Part shown: in pieces, positions 9,014-16,270 of the stretch
Position numbering within the stretch: position 1 is the first letter of the stretch
Layout: each line of letters starts with the position of its first letter
From: a virus
Lineage: Duplodnaviria; Caudoviricetes
DNA length: 64,000 bases
Reading direction: 5' to 3' (one strand)
Virus record (IMG/VR): IMGVR_UViG_3300017912_004409
Coordinates: 1-64,000 of that record
Made by a program: the position numbers and the translations under genes
The notes under the pieces: generated by a model
What the model was told of the DNA's origin: nothing
Database searches by the model: none
The model's input: only the letters and a program-made list of their open reading frames with translations

Positions 9014-9063
9014 CTCTTGCACTAAGGGGCTACGGCCCTTTTCTGCAGGACTCAATATCCTGC
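9011..9063 (+). ncRNA. Structured repeat family B copy 3
   Basis: Identical to copy 2. Confidence 0.7.
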
Positions 9064-9099
9064 CTATCCTGTACCCATGTTCTACTATGCCTGAGGCCA

Positions 9100-9414
9100 A
9101 TGCCCACGACTATTCCTGATGCTCTCCCTCGAATGGATGGGTTTATCTATGACCCATATGTAATTCGTTCATCGTCTCATCTTTCCAAGGAAGACGATGT
9201 TGCTTGGATCAAACCCGTAACTAAAGAATCAATACTTTGTTTAAATGTTTACAAACATAAGGTAAGCGTCTATGACAAACATGAAGGTGTTTATTATTAC
9301 GGTGATGCAGATTGTTGGCAAAATATGTGTCAAATATGTCTTAAAAGTGGCTTAAGATTTGTTCTTGTTACAAATTCATTAGGCCCGGATCAAGTATTCA
9401 AACATCTCAAATGA
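9100..9414 (+). CDS. Hypothetical early protein
   Basis: ATG at 9100; the track's extension to 9010 lies inside repeat B3. Confidence 0.6.
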   Translation: MPTTIPDALPRMDGFIYDPYVIRSSSHLSKEDDVAWIKPVTKESILCLNVYKHKVSVYDKHEGVYYYGDADCWQNMCQICLKSGLRFVLVTNSLGPDQVFKHLK

Positions 9415-9420
9415 TCCACC

Positions 9421-9450
9421 AGGGGGCTGCGCATCCTATAAACGCAGACA
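9421..9450 (+). ncRNA. 30-nt repeat, PK family
   Basis: AGGGGGCTGCGCATCCTATAAACGCAGACA, identical at 10233-10262; S1 AGGG/TCCT, S2 CTGCG/CGCAG. Confidence 0.65.
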
Positions 9451-9471
9451 TCCACATTGCTTTTCTATGTT

Positions 9472-9732
9472 ATGGCTATTGAAACATTCAATGGTGGTCA
9501 CTATGTCATCACCGGAAACGACACTAAGACTTATCGTCTTTTAGTGCTACGAAATGCACTAAAGATGGAAATCAAAGGTCTGAAACTCTCTTCCCATAGG
9601 CCCACTGCATATTCAATTATCAAGAAAGAGTTTGATTTAAAAGGCTCTAAAACTACTGTTTTAGCTGCTTTTGAAGAAATTCTTGTTAATGAATATGACA
9701 TTAAATTGACAAACTTGTGTATTCAGAAATGA
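9472..9732 (+). CDS. Hypothetical early protein
   Basis: ATG 25 nt after the PK stem. Confidence 0.6.
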   Translation: MAIETFNGGHYVITGNDTKTYRLLVLRNALKMEIKGLKLSSHRPTAYSIIKKEFDLKGSKTTVLAAFEEILVNEYDIKLTNLCIQK

Positions 9733-10085
9733 AGAATTCTTTCAATCAGACAACAGATGATCTCATGGATCATCTACTTACTATCATTACTATCACCATT
9801 ACTCAGTTTTTATCATGCTTCATCCAACCACAGCAGCAATCGCCAAAGCACTCACCGGCTACGAATCCGTTGCCGGAACCGAAGAAGGTCAAGAGCAGTT
9901 CCAGCCGGAAGTCACGTACGACCCAAGTAAGTTCGTCAAAGGCGACAAGAGCACGTACCCGAAAAACGGCAGTGTCAAGTGTGACTCCAAAGGAATCTAC
10001 TGGCTTTACTGGGAACCGAGCGAAGAGGCCCCAGGGTGCTGCGCTATCGACGAACAAGGATATAGTTATGCCTACCAATACGTAG
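9729..10085 (+). CDS. Hypothetical protein with Ser/Lys/Arg-rich tail, overlapping the next gene
   Basis: ATGA coupling to the upstream stop; hydrophobic segment followed by a basic low-complexity tail. Confidence 0.45.
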   Translation: MKNSFNQTTDDLMDHLLTIITITITQFLSCFIQPQQQSPKHSPATNPLPEPKKVKSSSSRKSRTTQVSSSKATRARTRKTAVSSVTPKESTGFTGNRAKRPQGAALSTNKDIVMPTNT

Positions 10086-10222
10086 GATGGTATAAAGTCC
10101 CAAGTGTTGAAGACGTAGAAGACTACTGTTTATCAGAAGTTGCAATTACTCCCTGCGGAGAGAATGAAGTCGAACCAGATCATCCTGATGGCTGGCCTTG
10201 CTTGCTTGGCTTGATGGCTTGA
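9815..10222 (+). CDS. Hypothetical acidic protein
   Basis: 135 aa; C-terminal TPCG..VEPDHPDGW..LLGL resembles a recurrent cyanophage small-protein ending. Confidence 0.6.
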   Translation: MLHPTTAAIAKALTGYESVAGTEEGQEQFQPEVTYDPSKFVKGDKSTYPKNGSVKCDSKGIYWLYWEPSEEAPGCCAIDEQGYSYAYQYVGWYKVPSVEDVEDYCLSEVAITPCGENEVEPDHPDGWPCLLGLMA

Positions 10223-10232
10223 TCTAGTCAAA

Positions 10233-10262
10233 AGGGGGCTGCGCATCCTATAAACGCAGACA
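10233..10262 (+). ncRNA. 30-nt repeat, PK family
   Basis: Identical to 9421-9450. Confidence 0.65.
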
Positions 10263-10285
10263 CCTAAAACTAGTTTAAAATCCAA

Positions 10286-10699
10286 ATGAAAATTCAATAC
10301 TTTATATCTGCACCTATTTCAGAATCCTTATGTGAAGATATTTTTTGTATTGCTATTCTCGAAGCGATTGAGAAATGGGCCGTTATTGAATGGCTTGATT
10401 TAGAGGGTCACAAAGCTTGTGTTGTCCCTCGCCATGCATTAATTGAGTCCGAAGAATCAGTAAAGGCACGAATGAAGCAAGATGTAATGCAACATAACAG
10501 ATACTTAATTAATTTAGATAAAATTGCTGAGGCAATTGCGACATACTGCAATTTGGATTGTGAAACAACACAGTTAACTAGTACGTTTCGTGATCAACTT
10601 ATCATTGCTGTTTTTTCAAACAACTCAGCAAATATTGACGCTATAACTACTAGTTATATAATACAAATTATTTGTTTCGATAAAATACTTTTTCCATGA
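10286..10699 (+). CDS. Hypothetical protein
   Basis: 137-aa ORF. Confidence 0.6.
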   Translation: MKIQYFISAPISESLCEDIFCIAILEAIEKWAVIEWLDLEGHKACVVPRHALIESEESVKARMKQDVMQHNRYLINLDKIAEAIATYCNLDCETTQLTSTFRDQLIIAVFSNNSANIDAITTSYIIQIICFDKILFP

Positions 10700-10944
10700 C
10701 ACTCCACAAAAGCATTCGCAATGATGATGATTACGATGATTGGGAATATGGCACTGAACCTCTTCCAGGGGAACCTTGGCTTAAAGGTGATGTCATGACA
10801 ACAACTACCTTGCCAGATGGACAAATACGTGTTTGTTTAGCTAACTATGGAGAAATTGCTTGTTGTTATGTAAGCAGCATGCATTTAGTAGAAGATAAGA
10901 TTCCACAGTTACGTCAAGCAATTCAACGTAAACTAAAGAAATGA
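10696..10944 (+). CDS. Hypothetical protein
   Basis: 82 aa, ATGA overlap. Confidence 0.6.
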   Translation: MTLHKSIRNDDDYDDWEYGTEPLPGEPWLKGDVMTTTTLPDGQIRVCLANYGEIACCYVSSMHLVEDKIPQLRQAIQRKLKK

Positions 10945-11017
10945 TGGGGGCTGCGAGGATCGAACTCGCCTTAGCCGAATTATGAGTGCGGAGCATTCAC
11001 CAGATTGCTAAACCCCC
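10945..11017 (-). tRNA. tRNA with CAT anticodon (Ile2-lysidine or elongator Met), no encoded CCA
   Basis: GGGGGTT-TAGCAATCTGGTGAATGC-T-CCGCA-CTCATAA-TTCGG-CTAAG-GCGAG-TTCGATC-CTCGC-AGCCCCC-A; G1-C72 excludes fMet; one mismatch in the anticodon stem. Confidence 0.85.
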
Positions 11018-11025
11018 TGGTATCT

Positions 11026-11130
11026 TCAGACGATACCACGCCTCCATGCTTCGTACCAGGCTCCTGCACAAAAGCACACAGAAAACCAGGAATTATAATC
11101 TTCCAAAAGATTTAAATCAAACCATTCCAT
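11026..11130 (-). CDS. Putative 34-aa protein upstream of the tRNA, absent from the ORF track
   Basis: MEWFDLNLLEDYNSWFSVCFCAGAWYEAWRRGIV; stop 8 nt before the tRNA. Confidence 0.4.
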   Translation of the reverse strand: MEWFDLNLLEDYNSWFSVCFCAGAWYEAWRRGIV

Positions 11131-11234
11131 GAGTAAGTAGAAATGCTTACTCTTTTATTTTGGCGGCATAAATTTAAAGCGATGTGATATAAATTACATT
11201 GTTTTTACATCCGCACAATTATCAATTGTTTGAT

Positions 11235-11262
11235 CGTCCTGAGCATGACGTTAAACTGCTTA
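11235..11262 (+). ncRNA. Predicted H-type pseudoknot (PK family)
   Basis: CGTC-C-TGAGCA-T-GACG-TTAAAC-TGCTTA. Confidence 0.65.
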
Positions 11263-11282
11263 CACCCAATCGCTATTTCATT

Positions 11283-11609
11283 ATGACTCATTTCAGTAGC
11301 AAAATTGAATACAAGGTCTTAGTCCATGGAGAATGGCAGTATCGATCTGTCTTCTTTGTTACATCCAACCAACTTTACAATTGGTTGTCTGATGATTGGG
11401 TTAAGATGGCAAATTCAAAACCTGCTTTGATAATCTCTGTTGCCACCAACAACCCAATTGATTATCCTGACATCGATCCTCAAGATGTCATAGGATACGA
11501 GGACCCAACAGGGGACTTGTATTTCTTTGTTGACATCAAACAGGAACATGTTAATTACAAACCTATGAACAAATCCCAATGCGAGACGACATTGAAAACT
11601 TCCGTGTAA
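11283..11609 (+). CDS. Hypothetical protein
   Basis: ATG 21 nt after the PK element. Confidence 0.55.
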   Translation: MTHFSSKIEYKVLVHGEWQYRSVFFVTSNQLYNWLSDDWVKMANSKPALIISVATNNPIDYPDIDPQDVIGYEDPTGDLYFFVDIKQEHVNYKPMNKSQCETTLKTSV

Positions 11610-11746
11610 CAAAACTTCCAAGATCAGGTCCCAAGCCTGGACAATCCACTGAGTCTTGGTTAAGACATAGGAAGCATAGCGACGATCAATTCGATGCTAT
11701 GATTCGTTCCAAACGCAAATCAACTATTCAGGATTCAAAACCATGA
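11579..11746 (+). CDS. Hypothetical 55-aa basic protein, absent from the ORF track
   Basis: MRDDIENFRVTKLPRSGPKPGQSTESW...; ATGA overlap with 11743. Confidence 0.6.
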   Translation: MRDDIENFRVTKLPRSGPKPGQSTESWLRHRKHSDDQFDAMIRSKRKSTIQDSKP

Positions 11747-11940
11747 ACAATTTTCGTTTCCATCGTGAGTTTTTAGGATTTCAAGTTGCCAAAGGTGGCG
11801 TAAAATCTTGGTCCAAAACTTTTACTTTGCCTTTTGTTCCAGTAAGAATTACTGCGAACATTGATGGCAAAGGCGGTAATGCTACAGTATCCACCCCTTT
11901 AATCAAAGGGGCATCTATTCGTAACATCAAGTTTTTCTAA
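11743..11940 (+). CDS. Hypothetical protein
   Basis: 65-aa ORF. Confidence 0.6.
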   Translation: MNNFRFHREFLGFQVAKGGVKSWSKTFTLPFVPVRITANIDGKGGNATVSTPLIKGASIRNIKFF

Positions 11941-11942
11941 TC

Positions 11943-12170
11943 ATGGCTTACGAATTAACGATGTCTCTTGAGTTTGATAGTGCAGAAGAATGCTGGGATG
12001 CTGCTACAACACAATGGAAAAAAGCTGAGCGATATATGTCTGCTCATTTGAATGCTGCCAGTGGTGAATATCACTATTACATGAGTGAATATTCACGTTT
12101 GATGGCACAGTATCACAACCTTAAACATAAAGAATTTAACTCTCAACTTGTTATTCCTTTTCCTAACTAA
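11943..12170 (+). CDS. Hypothetical protein
   Basis: 75-aa ORF. Confidence 0.6.
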   Translation: MAYELTMSLEFDSAEECWDAATTQWKKAERYMSAHLNAASGEYHYYMSEYSRLMAQYHNLKHKEFNSQLVIPFPN

Positions 12171-12175
12171 TTCTT

Positions 12176-12451
12176 ATGTCACACTCTATCAACAAAATTA
12201 TTGATGTCTTTATTGATGACAATCAATGTTTCGTTACTGCAGATGTTGAAGACATGGTGCAAGTCACTCCTGGTGATGGCTGGAGTCATCCTCCTCAACC
12301 TCCTGAGTATGGTCCTGCAACTTGCATGGGAAGATTTTGTATTGATGATTATGTGTTACCTTCCGATTTATATGGCCCAGCAATGGAACTCTTATGCGAA
12401 AGCATAGACATGGATTGGGAGGTGGCATCTTCTGCCATCATTGATGATTAA
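12176..12451 (+). CDS. Hypothetical acidic protein
   Basis: 91-aa ORF. Confidence 0.6.
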   Translation: MSHSINKIIDVFIDDNQCFVTADVEDMVQVTPGDGWSHPPQPPEYGPATCMGRFCIDDYVLPSDLYGPAMELLCESIDMDWEVASSAIIDD

Positions 12452-12465
12452 TCTTTAACTTATAT

Positions 12466-12497
12466 CACTGGGCATCTTTACAGTGTAAGTCCCAGTG
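12466..12497 (+). ncRNA. Bulged-hairpin motif, family E copy 2
   Basis: CACTGGG-CAT-CTTTACA-GTG-TAAGT-CCCAGTG. Confidence 0.55.
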
Positions 12498-12525
12498 TTC
12501 TCTTTCCTCTACTATACTATTCCAA

Positions 12526-14253
12526 ATGCAATTCCAACTTCCACAAAACCTTCAACAAGCGCTGCTCGATTACGATCCACAGCTTAAGAAGCTTGCGCAA
12601 CAAGAGCAGACGAAAAAGAAGCCTAAGAAGAATACAAATCCTTTAGGTGTATTTGATCTTAACATTCCTCATGACATTATTTCACCCGAGGAACTTCAAA
12701 ATGTCATGAAAGATCTGAATGCAAAACCTGCACCAGAAAGAACGTTTTATAAGAATCAACCGGAGCCTGGGTCATGCTATTCATGTCTGGCTATTCTAAA
12801 TGTCTCTGGTATTTGGTATGCCGCTTGGACAGCTCCAAAAGGTGCTAACTATTTCTATGGTTATTCGTTTGCATTCAATGCCAATGAATCAACCTACAAG
12901 AAACTTGAAGGATATCTTAGAACTTATGCAGATCAAAACGAGCCAAACGTTAAGTGTGGTCGTAAATTATTTTATGTGCATTCTCATTGTGTAACTGCGC
13001 AAGATATTGTTAACAACAAACACTCTTGTCGCCGTCTTATTCATGAACCTATGTTAACTTATCGAGACAGTAATAGAGGTTACAAAAATGTTTTCGGCCA
13101 GATCAAGCGAGATATTATTCAATGTTTGAAAGAAAAGAATTTATATTGGGAAGATGAACTTAATTGGCATGCCAAGATTGTTGCTATATCTAAAACTCCT
13201 GTGCAATTTATTCTGGAATACCAAGGTCATGACTATAAATTCTTCCAGGGCATAATGCAACAAGCCAACGATATATGTTATGACGTTCCAGATAAAGTTG
13301 ATATTGATGTTTTATCATTCTTACTTAAACACAGATATAAGCATGAGACTTATAACCCTTCTTTTATTCTGGATAAACCTTTCATGAAGCAGTGGTTATC
13401 TCAGGCTGCAAATGATATCAATAACAATATACATTCCGCAAAATTGAGGAGTAATGTTTTTGTTTCTTATGAGAGACTAAAACGTTTTATACAGTCTTAC
13501 TGTGTTTTAGAAAGGATTTGGCCCAACTCTCCTATTGACTTTTATCAGAACAACAAAGAATTACTTTATAGTTTAGACACTTCTTTTCTGCATACTTATA
13601 GGTCTGATACTTATGTAAAAGTTTTTGAATGGCTTAGTGATAACATGTCAATCAAAACTTTTATTAACTTGCTTAGCAAAGAATATGATCTTCATTATGC
13701 ACGAGCATTACGAAGCGACAATACCTTGCGTCCTTATTACAAGTGTGTAAAGATGGATCACTTTGAATTTGTTCCTGAATCAATTAAAGATGCAATGTAC
13801 ATGACAAAAGATATTCTTAATAAAGATATGAAAATCGATCCACCTAAACGTTGGCGTGATTGGCATGATCATGTAATGTCAATCAGCTGGAAACTAAATC
13901 ATCCTTGTATTTCATTGCCTCAGGATTTATTTCCTGAGCCAATCAAACAAGATGGTTATTGTTTCTTCCAGCCTATTGATACTCATCAGCTCGCTAACTG
14001 GGGTCGTGCTGTTCGTAACTGTGTTGGTAATAGTAATTACTCAGATGCAATTAGAAAGAAGAAATGCTTTATTGTTCTTGCAATGCAAGATAACAAACCT
14101 AAATTTACTGTTCAGCTCAAGGTTGAACGCGGTCTCATGATTGTAGATCAGATTGTTGGTCTTAGTAATTCCAGGTTGTCCGTTGAAGAAAAAGAAATTT
14201 ATACAAAGACCTTTGCTTCTGCCCTACAGAAGCGGTCTGAGCAGCTAAACTAA
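12526..14253 (+). CDS. PcfJ-like domain protein
   Basis: C-terminal HDHV...PIDTHQLANWGRAVRNCVG..Y...KPKFTVQL fits the PcfJ pattern (L..EG..M.HCVG.Y). Confidence 0.65.
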   Translation: MQFQLPQNLQQALLDYDPQLKKLAQQEQTKKKPKKNTNPLGVFDLNIPHDIISPEELQNVMKDLNAKPAPERTFYKNQPEPGSCYSCLAILNVSGIWYAAWTAPKGANYFYGYSFAFNANESTYKKLEGYLRTYADQNEPNVKCGRKLFYVHSHCVTAQDIVNNKHSCRRLIHEPMLTYRDSNRGYKNVFGQIKRDIIQCLKEKNLYWEDELNWHAKIVAISKTPVQFILEYQGHDYKFFQGIMQQANDICYDVPDKVDIDVLSFLLKHRYKHETYNPSFILDKPFMKQWLSQAANDINNNIHSAKLRSNVFVSYERLKRFIQSYCVLERIWPNSPIDFYQNNKELLYSLDTSFLHTYRSDTYVKVFEWLSDNMSIKTFINLLSKEYDLHYARALRSDNTLRPYYKCVKMDHFEFVPESIKDAMYMTKDILNKDMKIDPPKRWRDWHDHVMSISWKLNHPCISLPQDLFPEPIKQDGYCFFQPIDTHQLANWGRAVRNCVGNSNYSDAIRKKKCFIVLAMQDNKPKFTVQLKVERGLMIVDQIVGLSNSRLSVEEKEIYTKTFASALQKRSEQLN

Positions 14254-14291
14254 GCCTGCACGTCACCCACCAGGTTCTACCTGGTTTTCCT

Positions 14292-14367
14292 CGGCCTGTA
14301 GTCCAACGGTAGAGACAGAGGACTTAAAATCCTTCCAGTGTGAGTTCGAATCTCACCAGGCCGACCA
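14292..14367 (+). tRNA. tRNA-Leu(TAA) with short variable loop, CCA encoded
   Basis: CGGCCTG-TA-GTCCAACGGTAGAGAC-A-GAGGA-CTTAAAA-TCCTT-CCAGT-GTGAG-TTCGAAT-CTCAC-CAGGCCG-A-CCA. Confidence 0.9.
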
Positions 14368-14397
14368 ACCACTTTGTTCCCTTTCTATTTCTCAATT

Positions 14398-14778
14398 ATG
14401 TCTGTTTTCGATTGCTTCAAGTCAATTATTCCTCAGCCCCATGGTTACATGGATGACACTGGTCTTTACAATGTTGGTCTGACTTGGATTGACCAAGATG
14501 GTTTGACTGATGTCCATAATGTTCAGTTGCGTTATGTTCGTAACTCAGAACGTTTGGCAGTTCAATATGGTAAGCCCCAGCCTGATGGTAGCTGGGCTTA
14601 TACAGAAGCTAACGGAGTAATTCACACCATGTCTGCCGAGCGTGTCAAAGCATTTATGGAAAAAACTCAAGAACAAGCCACTCTAATGTGTAGTATGCTT
14701 GATCGACTTAATGAATCTGGTCTTGTTGGTGCCATGGTTGATGCAACTGTGGCAGCTGAAGTTCCTGCTGTTTCTTAA
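14398..14778 (+). CDS. Hypothetical protein
   Basis: ATG at 14398 after the tRNA. Confidence 0.65.
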   Translation: MSVFDCFKSIIPQPHGYMDDTGLYNVGLTWIDQDGLTDVHNVQLRYVRNSERLAVQYGKPQPDGSWAYTEANGVIHTMSAERVKAFMEKTQEQATLMCSMLDRLNESGLVGAMVDATVAAEVPAVS

Positions 14779-14782
14779 TCCA

Positions 14783-14953
14783 ATGGCACGTTTATTTGAA
14801 GGTGAAGTAGTGCTTCTTATGAGAAGAGCTTGGTCACTGGGATTATTGTCAAGAAAAAATATGGCAACTTTATTTGGTTGTTCTGAAGATACAATATATC
14901 GATATTGTCTAGGTGTCAAAAGGAAACATAAATACCATAAATACCAAGATTAA
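14783..14953 (+). CDS. Small putative HTH protein
   Basis: SRKNMATLFGCSEDTIYRY is HTH-like. Confidence 0.5.
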   Translation: MARLFEGEVVLLMRRAWSLGLLSRKNMATLFGCSEDTIYRYCLGVKRKHKYHKYQD

Positions 14954-14958
14954 ATTAC

Positions 14959-14996
14959 AAGGCCAGGGTGTTATCAATTCACCCTGGCTTTTTATT
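14959..14996 (+). terminator. Rho-independent terminator
   Basis: AAGGCCAGGGTG/CACCCTGGCTTT 12-bp stem followed by a T-rich tract. Confidence 0.7.
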
Positions 14997-15034
14997 ATTT
15001 ATTAGTTATAATAATTATTAACTAACCAATTCAA

Positions 15035-15262
15035 ATGGACCCTTTAGAAATCGAGCGTAAAATCGCAGATGATAAATGGCCTTTGTTTAAAAAGCGTGCA
15101 GTTGAACAAATAACAGATCAACTGCCACAACAGTTGTTAATGACTATTGTTGATATTACTTTAAATAATTATTATGATGATTTTCCACATGAACTAGTAC
15201 CGGATTATTTGGACTACTGTGGTGAGCCCGCAGTTTTAAGAGAACTAAAAGACTGCCAATAG
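15035..15262 (+). CDS. Hypothetical protein
   Basis: 75-aa ORF. Confidence 0.6.
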   Translation: MDPLEIERKIADDKWPLFKKRAVEQITDQLPQQLLMTIVDITLNNYYDDFPHELVPDYLDYCGEPAVLRELKDCQ

Positions 15263-15327
15263 TTACTTGCAAAGGGTTGAAAGCCATAAACCATAGGCTA
15301 TACTACCTACGTAATTCAACTTTTATT

Positions 15328-15789
15328 ATGGAAGAACAAACTGTCACTTACAAGGACAAGAAAACAGGCCGAGCTAAAACCTATCACATTGAACGCTTGC
15401 CGTGTCCTAAATGCAAATGCCTTGATACTAAAGTTTGGGCTTGTGCAATTAGCAGTAAGAAAAAGGTTTTGATTAAATTTTATAATTGCAGAAAATGTGG
15501 ATATGAATATACAACCAAAGAGCACGAATACCTTCCAAAGGGACCCGATGAAAATTTAAAAGGTTCAATGAATATCAGTGCTAAATTAAACGAAGAAAAG
15601 GTGCGAGAGATACGTTTAACTTATCAACACTTTAGTGAAATCTTAAGTGCTAAACAAACCAGAACTAGTCCTACAGAAAAGGATGGTGCTTTATATCAAA
15701 CAATTAAAGAATTAAAACTTGAGCACCTTAGCAAAGATACTATCAAGCGTGTTATTAAATATAAAACATGGAAACATGTGACAGTTTAA
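15328..15789 (+). CDS. Zn-ribbon plus putative DNA-binding domain protein
   Basis: CPKC...CRKC; AKLNEEKVREIR...TIKRVIKYKTWKHV resembles the C-terminal DNA-binding module of phage HNH endonucleases. Confidence 0.55.
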   Translation: MEEQTVTYKDKKTGRAKTYHIERLPCPKCKCLDTKVWACAISSKKKVLIKFYNCRKCGYEYTTKEHEYLPKGPDENLKGSMNISAKLNEEKVREIRLTYQHFSEILSAKQTRTSPTEKDGALYQTIKELKLEHLSKDTIKRVIKYKTWKHVTV

Positions 15790-16020
15790 ATGAAACTAGA
15801 ACATTTTTACATTAAAGATTCTTTGTGGATTGAACGTCAGCAAGATAAAGATGGGGCCATTTCATTTATTGCATGGAGGCCCCATCAATCCAGGGTTTTT
15901 ACTGATGAGAAAGCACTTCTTAAATTCTGTAAATGGCCAATCAAAACTCCTACTGGAGACAAAATACGTGAATGGCTAAATGAATTCAAGAAGCCAGTTC
16001 ATTTACCTGATAGCAAATGA
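15790..16020 (+). CDS. Hypothetical protein
   Basis: 76-aa ORF. Confidence 0.6.
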   Translation: MKLEHFYIKDSLWIERQQDKDGAISFIAWRPHQSRVFTDEKALLKFCKWPIKTPTGDKIREWLNEFKKPVHLPDSK

Positions 16021-16151
16021 TTAAAATCATGTGCTGTTTCTTTTTCTCTGCGTTCTTGCTGTTGTTTTTGTTTCATCAGATAAGCAATGAGAACAGAATC
16101 CATTCGGTTTACACCCCCGTCGTAAGGAACTCCCCTGTATACAAGATTCAT
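15999..16151 (-). CDS. DUF4278-like 50-aa protein, absent from the ORF track
   Basis: MNLVYRGVPY N-terminus matches the cyanobacterial M-x-L-x-YRGV-x-Y motif. Confidence 0.65.
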   Translation of the reverse strand: MNLVYRGVPYDGGVNRMDSVLIAYLMKQKQQQERREKETAHDFNHLLSGK

Positions 16152-16219
16152 TTTTTGTATCAAATACTACGGAAATATACTACACAATAGTATTTTATTT
16201 TGTAGTTCATATTGATACA

Positions 16220-16249
16220 AACGACCTGGGATGTCGTTAAACTCATCCA
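16220..16249 (+). ncRNA. PK-family element
   Basis: AACGAC-CTGGGAT-GTCGTT-AAAC-TCATCCA. Confidence 0.6.
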
Positions 16250-16270
16250 TTTCCAACTGCAACTCGACTT

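Noticed and set aside
7313-10262. Repeat-spacer pattern as a CRISPR array or integron
   Set aside because: Spacers are whole genes of variable length; no cas or intI gene; no RYYYAAC/GTTRRRY attC cores.
10945-11017. tRNA as an attP site of a temperate phage
   Set aside because: The gene is full length and the only recombinase-like gene in the window lacks catalytic residues; an integrase outside the window cannot be excluded.
11625-11640. CAGG-TCCCAAG-CCTG resembles the P4 hairpin of twister ribozymes
   Set aside because: No downstream pseudoknot partner or P1/P2 context, and it lies within a 55-aa ORF (11579-11746) where it encodes SGPKPG.
14292-14367. Suppressor tRNA or genetic-code reassignment
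   Set aside because: Anticodon TAA reads UUA, not a stop; long ORFs translate intact under code 11 and all three stops are used.
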